Source of the DNA: a virus
Reading direction: 5' to 3' (one strand)
Virus record (IMG/VR): IMGVR_UViG_3300023313_000006
Location: 1 to 64,000 of that record
DNA: 64,000 nt
Below, piece by piece: positions 16,432 to 27,100 of this stretch. The notes beneath the pieces are model-generated. The model did not search any database. It was not told the origin of the DNA and saw nothing but the letters and a program-made list of their open reading frames with translations. Position 1 is the stretch's first letter. Every line of letters begins with the position of its first letter. The translations under genes and the position numbers were made by a program.

Positions 16432-16901
16432 CAATGAATTATTTTGACAATATCCCACTACTAACGATCAATGGTTATACAACCAAAGACATCACTCGCA
16501 GAGCGCACATTTCCAATTTGATTAAAAACAAAGCGGACTTCTTCTATTTCTACAACGTCAAGGATGGCGAAAAGATCGAAGATGTTGCTTACAATCACTA
16601 CGAAGATGCCGGGCTTCATTGGTTGGTGATGCTGATGAATGATATTGTCGATCCATTCTATGACTGGGTGTTGAGCAACAAAGAATTGGATGCGTACATA
16701 GCAGCAAAATATACCGACCCGGAAGCAACCCACCACTGGTTGCTAAATGGTGTGATCTATAATCACAATGTTCAAGGTTCAGTTGCTATTTCAAACAGAC
16801 AATTCGAGATTGACGAGAACGAGAAGAAGCGGAAAATTCAACTCGTTCGCCCGGATTATATCAATCAAATCTTGCGTGAAATCAAAACTCTGCTATTATG
16901 A
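16428..16901 (+). CDS. gp53: baseplate wedge subunit gp53
   Basis: YF..IP, DGEKIEDVAY..Y, WLVMLMNDIVDPFYDW, NEKKRKI. Confidence 0.9.
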   Translation: MTMNYFDNIPLLTINGYTTKDITRRAHISNLIKNKADFFYFYNVKDGEKIEDVAYNHYEDAGLHWLVMLMNDIVDPFYDWVLSNKELDAYIAAKYTDPEATHHWLLNGVIYNHNVQGSVAISNRQFEIDENEKKRKIQLVRPDYINQILREIKTLLL

Positions 16902-18181
16902 AACGCTATATTCAGGGCGGAATCAGTATATATTCGATGACACTAACTTCGGATGGTGGCAAATCCGTTGACATCACCAATTTGTTTGTCGAAATGTCAA
17001 TCTATGAAGATATATTCTCTAATGGCATTTCTGGTCATGTGAAGCTGGTCGATTCTTTTCATCTACCGGAAACGCTGCCAATCATAGCAGAAGAAACGTT
17101 GACTGTTTCGTTCAATTCAAACAAAGATAGCAAGTGGCAGTTCACCAAGAGCTTTAGAATCAACCGAATCGAAAAATATACGGTCGATGAAAACGAAAAT
17201 CTATCAACTTATGTTCTTCAATTCGTTTCACCAATGTTTGAATTGAATCAAAAACTGCGGCTGAACATGAGCTTTGGTTCAGAACAAAAGGGAATGCTAG
17301 CAAGCGACATCGTGACAGAAGTTGCTACTAAGCACATGGGAATTCCGGCGAAAGAATTGAAGGTCGAAAAATCACGATTTGATCGACACGTCATTTGCGG
17401 CAACTGGACGCCATATCAGCTATTTAATTTCTTGGCTCGAACAGATATATTGGACGCAGGTGCTGTTGAAAACAACAAAATGTCATCGTTTTTGTTCTTT
17501 GAGGACAGAGACGGCTTCAAATTTGTTTCGATTGCTTCAATGGTCGAAAACAAACTACATTCGGGCGAAGATTTGTTCGAAGCAATCAATTTTCGACCAA
17601 AGCCAGATCAGAACAAATCAAAAACGATGCTGACTACAGAAAACCAAGTATTGTCGTATGATATTGTGTCGTGGCAGGATTCGTTGGACAACACGATTTC
17701 TGGACTTCATTCATCGCGCAACATCTATCACGACATCATTAACAAGACGATCACTGTATCGGATTTGCTATACAAAGACGCATTCAATCAAATGACGCAC
17801 GTTGACGACAAATTGGCTTATCCGCTTGAATCGAACAGAAAGACGATGCCAAAAGAATCGACTTTGGTTCTGCCGAGCGAATATCACTATGCTAATGATT
17901 TGAAATTGACCAGAAAGTGGAAGCAAGAACGAAACATTGCTATTCAGGAATTGAAAAACTACAACATCGTGGCCGTTGTGAATGGTAGCACTAGATATAA
18001 GGTGGGAATGGTTGTTGATTGTCACAACATTCATTCCACCAGAAGAAAGCCAAACGACACCAACTATGATTATGAAAATCTGAACGGGAAATATGTAGTG
18101 ACTAAAATCCGACACGATTTCACGAAGCACAAATACGTTCAGGCTCTCAATCTAGCCAAAGGGAGTATGAAGCGGATATGA
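16898..18181 (+). CDS. gp27: baseplate hub protein (gp27-like)
   Basis: SIYEDIFS..ISG, FLFFEDRDGFKFVS, GKYVVTKIRH; lies between gp53 and gp5. Confidence 0.75.
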   Translation: MKRYIQGGISIYSMTLTSDGGKSVDITNLFVEMSIYEDIFSNGISGHVKLVDSFHLPETLPIIAEETLTVSFNSNKDSKWQFTKSFRINRIEKYTVDENENLSTYVLQFVSPMFELNQKLRLNMSFGSEQKGMLASDIVTEVATKHMGIPAKELKVEKSRFDRHVICGNWTPYQLFNFLARTDILDAGAVENNKMSSFLFFEDRDGFKFVSIASMVENKLHSGEDLFEAINFRPKPDQNKSKTMLTTENQVLSYDIVSWQDSLDNTISGLHSSRNIYHDIINKTITVSDLLYKDAFNQMTHVDDKLAYPLESNRKTMPKESTLVLPSEYHYANDLKLTRKWKQERNIAIQELKNYNIVAVVNGSTRYKVGMVVDCHNIHSTRRKPNDTNYDYENLNGKYVVTKIRHDFTKHKYVQALNLAKGSMKRI

Positions 18182-19122
18182 TTAACTCAATGGGCATGTT
18201 TCCGTTCTTTTGGTATGGTGTGGTCGAAGATCGAAACGACCCGCTGAAATTGGGTCGCGTTCGTGTGCGCATTCTCGGTAAACATTCAAAAGAATTGAAA
18301 GAGAACATCAAAACGGGCGAAGGTGTGCCAGTGACATCGCTTCCTTGGGCGCATCCAGCAATGCCAATCACCAGCGCTAGCATGAATGGCATCGGCGAGA
18401 CGCCGGTCGGACCGGTCGAGGGCACATGGGTCATCGGAATTTCGCGCGACGGCGATGCCTGTCAAAACTTGGTGTATATGTTCACGTTGCCGGGCATTCC
18501 ACAAACAGAGCCGGCGATGGAAGGCTTTAACGATACAGAAGAAACAATCAAAGCAGCAGATCGTCCGCATCCATTAGGCGAAAGCGGTTCAAAATATCCA
18601 AAGAAATCTCACTTGAAAGAAGCAGACACCAATCGTCTTGCTAGAAACGAAAAGATCGATCAAACAATCGTCAAGAAAAAACGCGACAGTGAAGATAAAA
18701 ACGTCCATGTTGCGCACGGTGGCAGTTGGAATGAACCGACGACACCATATCAAGCAACCTATCCATTCAATCGCGTTTTTGAATCAGAAAGTGGTCACAT
18801 CCACGAGATCGACGACACGCCCGGAGCAGAACGCTTACATGAATACCATAGAAGCGGCACGTTCAATGAAGTTCATCCAGACGGCACGAAAGTTGAAAAG
18901 ATCGTCAAAGACAACTATGAAATCATTTTAGGCAACGATAACATTCACGTCAAGGGGAATTGTAACATTTCCATCGATGGCGACGCGAAAGTTTACGTCA
19001 AGAACAACGCAGATATTGAAGTCGGTGGGAATTTGACAGAAACAGTTGCCGGTAACTATTCATTGACAGCCGAAGGTGTAGTGACAATCATCGGTCGACA
19101 AAAGATCGACCTGAACCCGTAA
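18178..19122 (+). CDS. gp5: central spike gp5 (OB fold + beta-helix, no lysozyme domain)
   Basis: GVVEDRNDPLKLGRVRVR, LPWA, YPFNRVFESESGH, DDTPGAER, beta-helix repeats, IDLNP. Confidence 0.92.
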   Translation: MINSMGMFPFFWYGVVEDRNDPLKLGRVRVRILGKHSKELKENIKTGEGVPVTSLPWAHPAMPITSASMNGIGETPVGPVEGTWVIGISRDGDACQNLVYMFTLPGIPQTEPAMEGFNDTEETIKAADRPHPLGESGSKYPKKSHLKEADTNRLARNEKIDQTIVKKKRDSEDKNVHVAHGGSWNEPTTPYQATYPFNRVFESESGHIHEIDDTPGAERLHEYHRSGTFNEVHPDGTKVEKIVKDNYEIILGNDNIHVKGNCNISIDGDAKVYVKNNADIEVGGNLTETVAGNYSLTAEGVVTIIGRQKIDLNP

Positions 19123-19123
19123 A

Positions 19124-19645
19124 ATGCCCGGTTTCACACCATCAAACGCCGATATGGGAACGGTCAATGTTGGTGATGTGCTGAACGACACGATCACTTG
19201 GAGCAAGACCAATTTCCAACTAGACGGATTTCGCATCGAAGCAAATGAATTTCCAACGTCACCAGATTTTTCGATTGTAGCGTCAACAACTGACGTTCAG
19301 ATCAGCGGCATTGTGCCGAACCCGTGGGGTTACATTTCAGCGCAATACACTGACCACAACGACACACTACACACGATGAATGACATAATCGATCCAATCG
19401 TCGATTTGCCCAACAATGACATAATGCTACATTTGGTGAAGCTCGAATATGATTCAACACCAAGCCAAGTCTTTCATTTTACAGTTCATGCCGACTGGAG
19501 CGAGCTTGACCCAAACACAAACGCACCAAAAGTACCAGCGGTAACAGGAACAGACACACAGACCTATTTCTACACCGTGCTGAACAATTGGACGGGAAAC
19601 AAAAACAATTTTGACACACTGAAAGCAACGGGAAGGATTAGATAG
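19124..19645 (+). CDS. hypothetical virion protein (gp5.1 position)
   Basis: Beta-rich 173-aa ORF between gp5 and PAAR. Confidence 0.65.
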   Translation: MPGFTPSNADMGTVNVGDVLNDTITWSKTNFQLDGFRIEANEFPTSPDFSIVASTTDVQISGIVPNPWGYISAQYTDHNDTLHTMNDIIDPIVDLPNNDIMLHLVKLEYDSTPSQVFHFTVHADWSELDPNTNAPKVPAVTGTDTQTYFYTVLNNWTGNKNNFDTLKATGRIR

Positions 19646-19936
19646 ATGCCAGCGGTTCATCTAAAGGGGCAAAAGGGCAGTGGGCATGGTTGCTTTTCTC
19701 CACGACCGAACATTCAGGGTTCGCCGAACGTGTTTGTCAACAGCACGCCAGTTCACAGAGAAGGCGACGCATGGGATTCGCATGGATGCGGTGTTTGTAT
19801 TCCTCATGCCGGCAGCTTATCAAAGGGTTCATCGACAGTGTTTGTTAATGGTTCAGGAATCGCTAGAATCGGCGATCCAGTTGATTGTGGTTCCGTCTGC
19901 GCAGAAGGTTCGTCGAATGTGTTTGCTGGCGGCTAG
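19646..19936 (+). CDS. PAAR spike-tip protein (gp5.4-like)
   Basis: GH.CF.P, GS.NVFVN, GS.TVFVNG..ARIGD, GSSNVFAGG. Confidence 0.93.
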   Translation: MPAVHLKGQKGSGHGCFSPRPNIQGSPNVFVNSTPVHREGDAWDSHGCGVCIPHAGSLSKGSSTVFVNGSGIARIGDPVDCGSVCAEGSSNVFAGG

Positions 19937-19940
19937 CGAG

Positions 19941-19948
19941 CATAAATA
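19941..19948 (+). promoter_or_regulatory. late promoter CATAAATA (gp25)
   Basis: 5 nt before ATG 19954, no SD. Confidence 0.7.
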
Positions 19949-19953
19949 ATAAT

Positions 19954-20334
19954 ATGCCAAAATTCATTGATTTGAACCCGACATTTGCTGCTCATCCTAA
20001 AACTGGCGATCTAACTCGCCTATATGATGAAAATTCAATAAAAAATTCAATCAAATCTTTGATTTTGACAAATCACTATGAAGTTCCCTTTGCTCCTTGG
20101 AAAGGTGGCAATTTGATCGATTTGTTGTTTGAGCCAGTGACGCAACTAACATCGTTCAAAATCAAAAAACGAATCGAAGATACAATCACCAACGAAGAAC
20201 CGCGCGTGACACTGAAAAACGTCTATGTTTCATTCAATGAATCATATAACGCTTATGACGTGAAAATTCATTTTACGATCAACAATGACAACACACCGAT
20301 CATTCTCAATATGATACTACGGAGAGAAAGATAA
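19954..20334 (+). CDS. gp25: baseplate wedge subunit gp25
   Basis: DL...F..HP.TGD, SIKNSIKSLILT..YE.PF, LFE, EPRV. Confidence 0.92.
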   Translation: MPKFIDLNPTFAAHPKTGDLTRLYDENSIKNSIKSLILTNHYEVPFAPWKGGNLIDLLFEPVTQLTSFKIKKRIEDTITNEEPRVTLKNVYVSFNESYNAYDVKIHFTINNDNTPIILNMILRRER

Positions 20335-22091
20335 TGTCGGCATCGAATACTGTAGCAGAATTAGATTTTGCCAAGATCAAACAAAGTCTAATCGACACGT
20401 TCAAAACAAATCCAACATTCACTGACTACGATTTCAGTGGTTCAACTGTTTCAGCACTGCTCGATATGCTGGCTTATGTTACTCACTATCAGGGCGTATA
20501 TGCCAATTTAGCATTCGCAGAACGATTCATTGATACAGCACAACTACGCAACAGCATCGTTTCATTAGCAAAGGAATTGGGTTATTTTCCGGCGCAAGCA
20601 GCACCAGCGAAAGCGACGTTGACATTATCAATCGATGCTGCGAACGTTCCGGGCAATCCTAGCAGCATTATTTCAAATTCAAAGATCAATTTTGTTGGCG
20701 TTGACACCAACGACAACAATCACGAATTTTGGTCGCAAGCAGACGTGGTGTTCAATCTAAACAATGGTGTCTATAGTGCCGATTTGACGCTGACACAAGG
20801 CACACCAGTCGAACAACGATTTGTATATACGAATGTTGGTCATAGAGCAGAGTTCATTCTTCCCAATTCAAACATCAATCTTGACACAATCGTCGTGAAA
20901 GTGAAAGATAATTCGTCTGTTCCTGATTCACAAGCGGTCACATGGAACAGATCACAAAACATTGGCAACAACACCAGCAGTTCATTGATTTGGTTTATTG
21001 AAGAAACAACTGACAATAAGCTACGTTTGAGCTTCGGTGATGATGTGATCGGCAAAGCGCCGGCATTGAACAATGAAATCATTGTGACGTATGAAATCAG
21101 CGAAGGTAGCGCAGCAAACACATCAAAAGGGTTTTCAATCACGTCTGCTAACGTCGCTGGTTATAGCCCCAATCTATTCACAATCAGCAATGAAGTTCAA
21201 GCACAAGGCGGTACTGACCCAGAACCGATTGAATCAATCCGCTTGAATGCTCCGGGTGTCTATGCTTCACAACAACGAGCAGTGACGATAACCGACTATA
21301 GAGCATTGCTATTAAACAAGTTCCAATGGATCAAATCGATCAACGTCTGGGGCGGCGAAAACAATTCCGTTCCTCAATATGGACAAGTTTATATTTCTAT
21401 TGTGCCGGATTTTGGGACGAAGATGACACTGGCCGAACGAGATAACGTTTCTGCCTTTTTGAACACGGTGTCAATCGTCGGCACAGGCATTCACTTCGTC
21501 GATCCGTCAATTCTATATGTTGACACAACGACAACAGCAAAATATAGCAGAGATTTGACTTCTGATTCGCACGTTCTAGTTGAGGCCGCTATTGACGCTG
21601 CTATCGATTCATATTTCACGACAACAAGCGGACTGCTCAACCAAAGCATCAATTTCTCCAAACTGCTAGCAGCAATCGATGCTGCTCATATTGGCGTGAC
21701 ATCAAATATCACTGACCTGAATTTTCACATGGACATCATTCCTGACACGGTTCATTCAGCGGACGTTGTTCTGGACTTCACCAATGCTATTGTTGCCGGT
21801 TCGGTGATGACGAACACTTGGACTTCACCAAACGGCGATTCGGTTTATATGAAAGATGACGGTAACGGCAACATTCATTATGTTGTTAATGGCGTTGAAT
21901 TAAAGAATAGCGGCAACCAATACAACGTCGATTATACCAACGGCATCATCACACTGAACGGATTTCTACCGAACATCGCGCCAGCTTCAACAATCACATT
22001 CAATGCTAAACCACAATCGAACGATTTGGTTGGTGGGCGTTCAACAATCATTGAAATCGGCAACAAAAACACAACGGCAGTTCTAGCATGA
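20334..22091 (+). CDS. gp6: baseplate wedge subunit gp6
   Basis: ELDF..IK, FTDYDFSGS, LLDMLAY.THY, FGDD..GK, Q.RAVT..DY, VWGGE. Confidence 0.95.
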   Translation: MSASNTVAELDFAKIKQSLIDTFKTNPTFTDYDFSGSTVSALLDMLAYVTHYQGVYANLAFAERFIDTAQLRNSIVSLAKELGYFPAQAAPAKATLTLSIDAANVPGNPSSIISNSKINFVGVDTNDNNHEFWSQADVVFNLNNGVYSADLTLTQGTPVEQRFVYTNVGHRAEFILPNSNINLDTIVVKVKDNSSVPDSQAVTWNRSQNIGNNTSSSLIWFIEETTDNKLRLSFGDDVIGKAPALNNEIIVTYEISEGSAANTSKGFSITSANVAGYSPNLFTISNEVQAQGGTDPEPIESIRLNAPGVYASQQRAVTITDYRALLLNKFQWIKSINVWGGENNSVPQYGQVYISIVPDFGTKMTLAERDNVSAFLNTVSIVGTGIHFVDPSILYVDTTTTAKYSRDLTSDSHVLVEAAIDAAIDSYFTTTSGLLNQSINFSKLLAAIDAAHIGVTSNITDLNFHMDIIPDTVHSADVVLDFTNAIVAGSVMTNTWTSPNGDSVYMKDDGNGNIHYVVNGVELKNSGNQYNVDYTNGIITLNGFLPNIAPASTITFNAKPQSNDLVGGRSTIIEIGNKNTTAVLA

Positions 22092-23245
22092 CACCAAAAA
22101 AGCTATCAATTTTCATAGATAGGTTTTTGCCTTCGCATTTAGTCGAAGAATATCCATACTTGAGAGATTTCATGTATGGATATTTACAGTTTTTGGAAAG
22201 AGACAACGGACCCTATGACATCATAGCAAAATTGCTGGTTGATGAAAATATCAGCAACTCGGTTGCTCTATATCTCGATTCATTCCAGCAAAAATACACG
22301 CCATTCATGCCGAAGGTGAACGTTGCTGATATTGAGCTAATTGTTCAGCAGATTCGCGCCTTCTACAACAAAAAAGGAACCGAGGACTCTTTCCGTTGGT
22401 TGTTCAGGGCTTATTATGGGCAAGAAATCGATTTCTATTACCCAAGAAACGACATTCTTCGGGCTAGCGACGGCGATTGGTATGCTCCGATCAAATTGGT
22501 TTTGGTTGACCAGAATGGAACGTTGATTGCCGACAAGACAAAATATGTTGGCACAACTTTCGTGGGCAAAACTTCTGGTGACAGATCGAAAGTTGAAAAA
22601 ATAGAAGTCGGAATCGATGCTACTACTGGAACGAGCATCACTTATGCTACAGTCATTGGTTCGTATGGACTGCTACAGCAGGGCGAGCAAATCGTTTGTC
22701 TTGAATATCCAACCGATCAAATTTTCATTCGTGATGCGGCAAATTCGATCATAGAGGTCGGCGGGAAGTGGCGAAATACCAACGGCCACATATCATCAAA
22801 CAAAATGATTCAAGACAATTACTACTATCAGGATTTGTCTTATGAGATCACGGTCGGTATTTCGCCCGACACGTTTTTACTTTTAGCAAATAACGCAATT
22901 CATCCGGCGGGACGCAAACTATTCGCTAAAGTTTACATTAAAAATTCGGCACAAGACACCAACAATGTTGTAGCACTAAGCGAACGACTTTTGTCTATCT
23001 ACAATAAATACACCATAAGCGCGTTGATTGGATTGAACGACGTTATTATTAGTGCTGTTCCGACAACACCGTCAATCATGTATTTTTCAAATGTGTTCAA
23101 CACCACGCCAAACACAATTTACTTGAACGACAACACGATCAACTTGAACAACGGCAACACATTTTTGAACAACACAACTTATGTTAGTGGCGTTAGTTGG
23201 TCGAACCAAACGCAGTTGTTTTCTGACAACGCATACGTTAGATAA
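22088..23245 (+). CDS. gp7: baseplate wedge initiator, short gp7-like
   Basis: FY..KGTE.S...LFR..YG, YYP...IL.AS.G.W, IQDNYYYQ..SY, HPAG..LF. Confidence 0.8.
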   Translation: MTPKKLSIFIDRFLPSHLVEEYPYLRDFMYGYLQFLERDNGPYDIIAKLLVDENISNSVALYLDSFQQKYTPFMPKVNVADIELIVQQIRAFYNKKGTEDSFRWLFRAYYGQEIDFYYPRNDILRASDGDWYAPIKLVLVDQNGTLIADKTKYVGTTFVGKTSGDRSKVEKIEVGIDATTGTSITYATVIGSYGLLQQGEQIVCLEYPTDQIFIRDAANSIIEVGGKWRNTNGHISSNKMIQDNYYYQDLSYEITVGISPDTFLLLANNAIHPAGRKLFAKVYIKNSAQDTNNVVALSERLLSIYNKYTISALIGLNDVIISAVPTTPSIMYFSNVFNTTPNTIYLNDNTINLNNGNTFLNNTTYVSGVSWSNQTQLFSDNAYVR

Positions 23246-23256
23246 AAGAGGACAAA

Positions 23257-24084
23257 ATGGCAGCAATTCTTTCATATTCAAACAAATTAGCACAAGCCAA
23301 AGCATTCATCGACAATCACAAATCGACGAATGTTCTATATTATGGCATTGGGCACTCTGTTCCGTGGACAAACGAAACAAATCCACCGGCACCAGTGGCC
23401 AGCATTTTCGAGGAAAAAACAGTTTTTGGTGATTTGCTTGGCGCTCATCTAGTCAACACCAAAGACATTGTGCCAGTTGTCCCAAGAAAAGATTGGACGA
23501 TCAACACCGAGTATTTTTTGAAAGATGACACAATCGCTAACACACATAGCATCGATTTCTATATTCTAACGTCAAACAACGAAGTTTATTTGTGTAACTC
23601 AAAAACAAGTGCTGGTACTCTTTCTACGGTCGAACCAACTGGCACTGGTGTTGGTGGAATTGTTGACACCGGTGATGGTTACACATGGAAATTTTTGTAT
23701 GACATCAATGCTTATGATGCCGCGAACCTAATGAATACGACGTGGATGCCTGTAAACTATTCAGACCACATTTCGACGCTTCAAACATCTTCTGGCGATA
23801 CCAACGCAATCAGAACACTTGACGCGAATGCCGTGTTGGTTTATACGAAGATTGGCGACTTGGATTTACCGTCTGGCATCACTTATCGTCAAGTTTCGAT
23901 CATTGAAAATCCACTTGAAGCAAATTCAAATCCAGCAACAGCACCAAACTATTCACAACCAGCAGACCCGACCAATCCAGATTGGCTAACTGACAGTGGT
24001 TCGATTTTGTATATTGACAATAGACCACCAATCACGAGAAACATCGGACAAAACGAAGAATTTTTCACCGTACTCGAATTTTAA
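23257..24084 (+). CDS. gp8: baseplate wedge subunit gp8
   Basis: VPRKDW, FY...VY.C, DGY.WKFLY, YRQVSI..NP, GSILYIDNRPPITR...Q.E...LEF. Confidence 0.92.
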   Translation: MAAILSYSNKLAQAKAFIDNHKSTNVLYYGIGHSVPWTNETNPPAPVASIFEEKTVFGDLLGAHLVNTKDIVPVVPRKDWTINTEYFLKDDTIANTHSIDFYILTSNNEVYLCNSKTSAGTLSTVEPTGTGVGGIVDTGDGYTWKFLYDINAYDAANLMNTTWMPVNYSDHISTLQTSSGDTNAIRTLDANAVLVYTKIGDLDLPSGITYRQVSIIENPLEANSNPATAPNYSQPADPTNPDWLTDSGSILYIDNRPPITRNIGQNEEFFTVLEF

Positions 24085-24086
24085 GC

Positions 24087-24094
24087 GATAAATA
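24087..24094 (+). promoter_or_regulatory. late promoter GATAAATA with SD leader
   Basis: Followed by AAGGAG and ATG 24114. Confidence 0.65.
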
Positions 24095-24113
24095 GGTTCA
24101 AGGAGTTTATTCA

Positions 24114-27100
24114 ATGCCATCTTACAATGTTTCGCCATATTACGATGATTTCGATGCGGCAAAAAATTATCTTCGCATTTTGTTTCGTCCGGGACGTGCT
24201 GTTCAAGCGCGCGAATTGACGCAAGCACAAACCATTCTTCAAAATCAGATTGCTTCATTTGGCAACAACATCTTCAAAGACAATTCGCGTATTCTTGGTG
24301 CTGAAATCTATGTCAAATCACAAAAAATCACACTGACGGTCAACCCGGTTGATAGCAATAATGCTTCGGTCGATGTCAATGCTCTGCTGAATCAAGAAAT
24401 TCAAAAGCTGAATGACAACACCACCAAAGCACTAATTTCACACGTTGACGCGACAAACAACAAAGTTTTGCTGACTCTACATGGCGGCAAGTTTGCTGTT
24501 GGCGATCAATTCGTCACAATCGATCCGGTCACCGGAAATCCGAATGCCGTCAAATATACCATCGACGGAATCAACAACTCTTTGATGGCATATATCAACG
24601 ATGGCATTATCTATACTGGCGGCTTTTTCGCAACGGTAGCCAAACAAGAAATTGTTGTCGATACATCCGACACTATGCTCAATAATGAACACGTCGTCGG
24701 CTATATCGTCACTGAAACAACGGTCGATTCGGTAGCAGACCAGACTTTGAATGATAATGCTGCCGGAACAATGAATTTCAACGCACCGGGCGCAGATCGT
24801 TTGAAGAAAACAATCACACTATCTTCTGTTCAAGTGGTGCGTGATGCTGGTGGTTCGGACGTAACTGTTTATCCTGACAACTTTCAGAAGATTCTTGTCG
24901 TCAAGAACGGCGTGTCTGTTTCGGACAACATTCAAAAAGTCAAATATGCTGAAATTCTTGATTTGATGGCCGAACGGACAAAGAAAGAATCGGGCAACTA
25001 TACAATCAGCGAATACACATACACAACTGAAAACGACCCCAATTCTCAAACAACTTTCAATTTGAAGATCGGACCGGGAGAAAGTGTTGTTGATGGCTAT
25101 AACTATATCAATCAATCGACATATACGATGCCGATTCCTAAAGCAAGAACAACCGAAACAGCAAACAATCAGCAACTATATTTTGCTGCTGGCATCGCTG
25201 TTGAATTAAGTTCGGTTTCGGTAGCAGCATTTGACGTTGATGCGGAAGAAACGGTTGAAATCTATAACGACACTGCTGCTGTTGGCACGCTGCTAGGAAC
25301 AGCAAGAGTTTTATCAGCAGGCTTAAACACTTATGGCGAATTGACGCTCTACCTAGAAGAAGGTTCTAACGTTGTTAGTAAATTGGCGTCTGCTCGCTCA
25401 ATCAAAGGATTGACTAGTGGCGCGATCGGTGTCGTCAAATTGTCTGCTGGCGCTCCGGTATATCAAGTGCTGAACAAGAATGATGCCATTATCGATGTTA
25501 TCAGTTCATCGCTATATGACAACATTTCAAATATCCCCAACACAAGCGTTTCCTACGATATAGTAAAAACGTATAAAGCCGTACCAGAATCAGCAGTGAA
25601 TGTTCACACGCTGACAGCACCCGACACAACAACCGACTTCTACATTTCATCCGGCGTTTATTTGGTCGTGGATAGTGCTACCGGTGCTGTTCTAACGAAC
25701 CCAACTGACTACACCTATAGCGTAGCAAACCAAAATGGTGGACTATCGTCAATGACAATCACCACCGCCGCTACTCATGCTAACATCGATGTCATTGTTC
25801 CTATGTATAAATCGGTTGGTTCGTTGCGCACCAAGACGTTACACAAAAACGTGCAGGAAACATTGACAGCAGACGCAAATGGTGTTATCACTTTAACAAA
25901 TTATGATATTCTTCAATTCATTTCAGTTGAAGATATGACTGATCCAGCAAACCCAGTTGTCGTCCCATCATCGTCTTATACGACAGACAATGGACAAACT
26001 GACTGGGCATATAACGTTGGTTCTGTTTCTGGTTTGACAGCAGGAACCAGTTATCGTGTGACATACGATCACTTTTCTCACTCATCGACCGGCGATTATT
26101 TCTCCGTCAATTCATACATGAGCGCAGCGAACACCGATCCAGTTACCGGCTATGCTAATTTGTATAGCATGATTGGCAATTATATTTCACCATCAACCAA
26201 CTACACCTATAAATTGATTAACTGTATTGATACTCGACGTTCGCCAGCAATCGCTTCGTCTAGCAAGATTCGAGCCAATAGTCAAAATCTACAGTTGGAC
26301 TATGATTTTTATGTTGCTCGAATTGATAAAATCTACATTTCAAAGACTGGGGTGTTTTCTCGAATTGAAGGCTATCCAGCAGCGGTTCCGGTTGAACCAG
26401 CAGCAAAAGACGGCATGGTGTTGATGTCGCTGTTCGTTCCACCATACACGCACGACGCGAAAGATACGCAGGTTGCTTTGGTTGAACACAAACGATTCAC
26501 AATGGCCGATATTGCTGCTATCGAAAAACGTTTGAGCAACGTCGAAGATTATGTTTCGTACAACATGCTCGAAAAAATGGCGTCTGACCTGACGATCACT
26601 GACGCGAATGGTTTGAATCGATACAAAAACGGAATTTTCGTTGACAATTTCTTAACCCACTTGAACGGTGCTACAAATCACCCAGACTATTCCGTTACAA
26701 TCGACGCAATCAACGGTGGCATCATTTCGAGACAGATCGAAGATTTTAATGCTCTAGTCATCGATAAAGTAAACAGCAGCGGGATTGTGGTCAACGAAAA
26801 TACGACCGATCCAGCAATGAGTTCTGATACTGCTACTCTTGCTTATACCGAAGTTGCTTATATCGAACAATTAGCAAACACCAACACGATCAATGTGAAC
26901 CCGTATGCTGCTATTGTTTGGCATGGCACAATGTCGATCAATCCGGCCACCGATATTTGGGTCGATACTCAATACGAGCCAACAATCAATTTGAGCTATG
27001 GTCGCGTTGTTCGTCCAGCTTGGACTTCAACTTCAACGACAGCAATTCACGACGAATATACGATGGTTTATAACCCGTGGAATGATCCGAATGTTGATAT

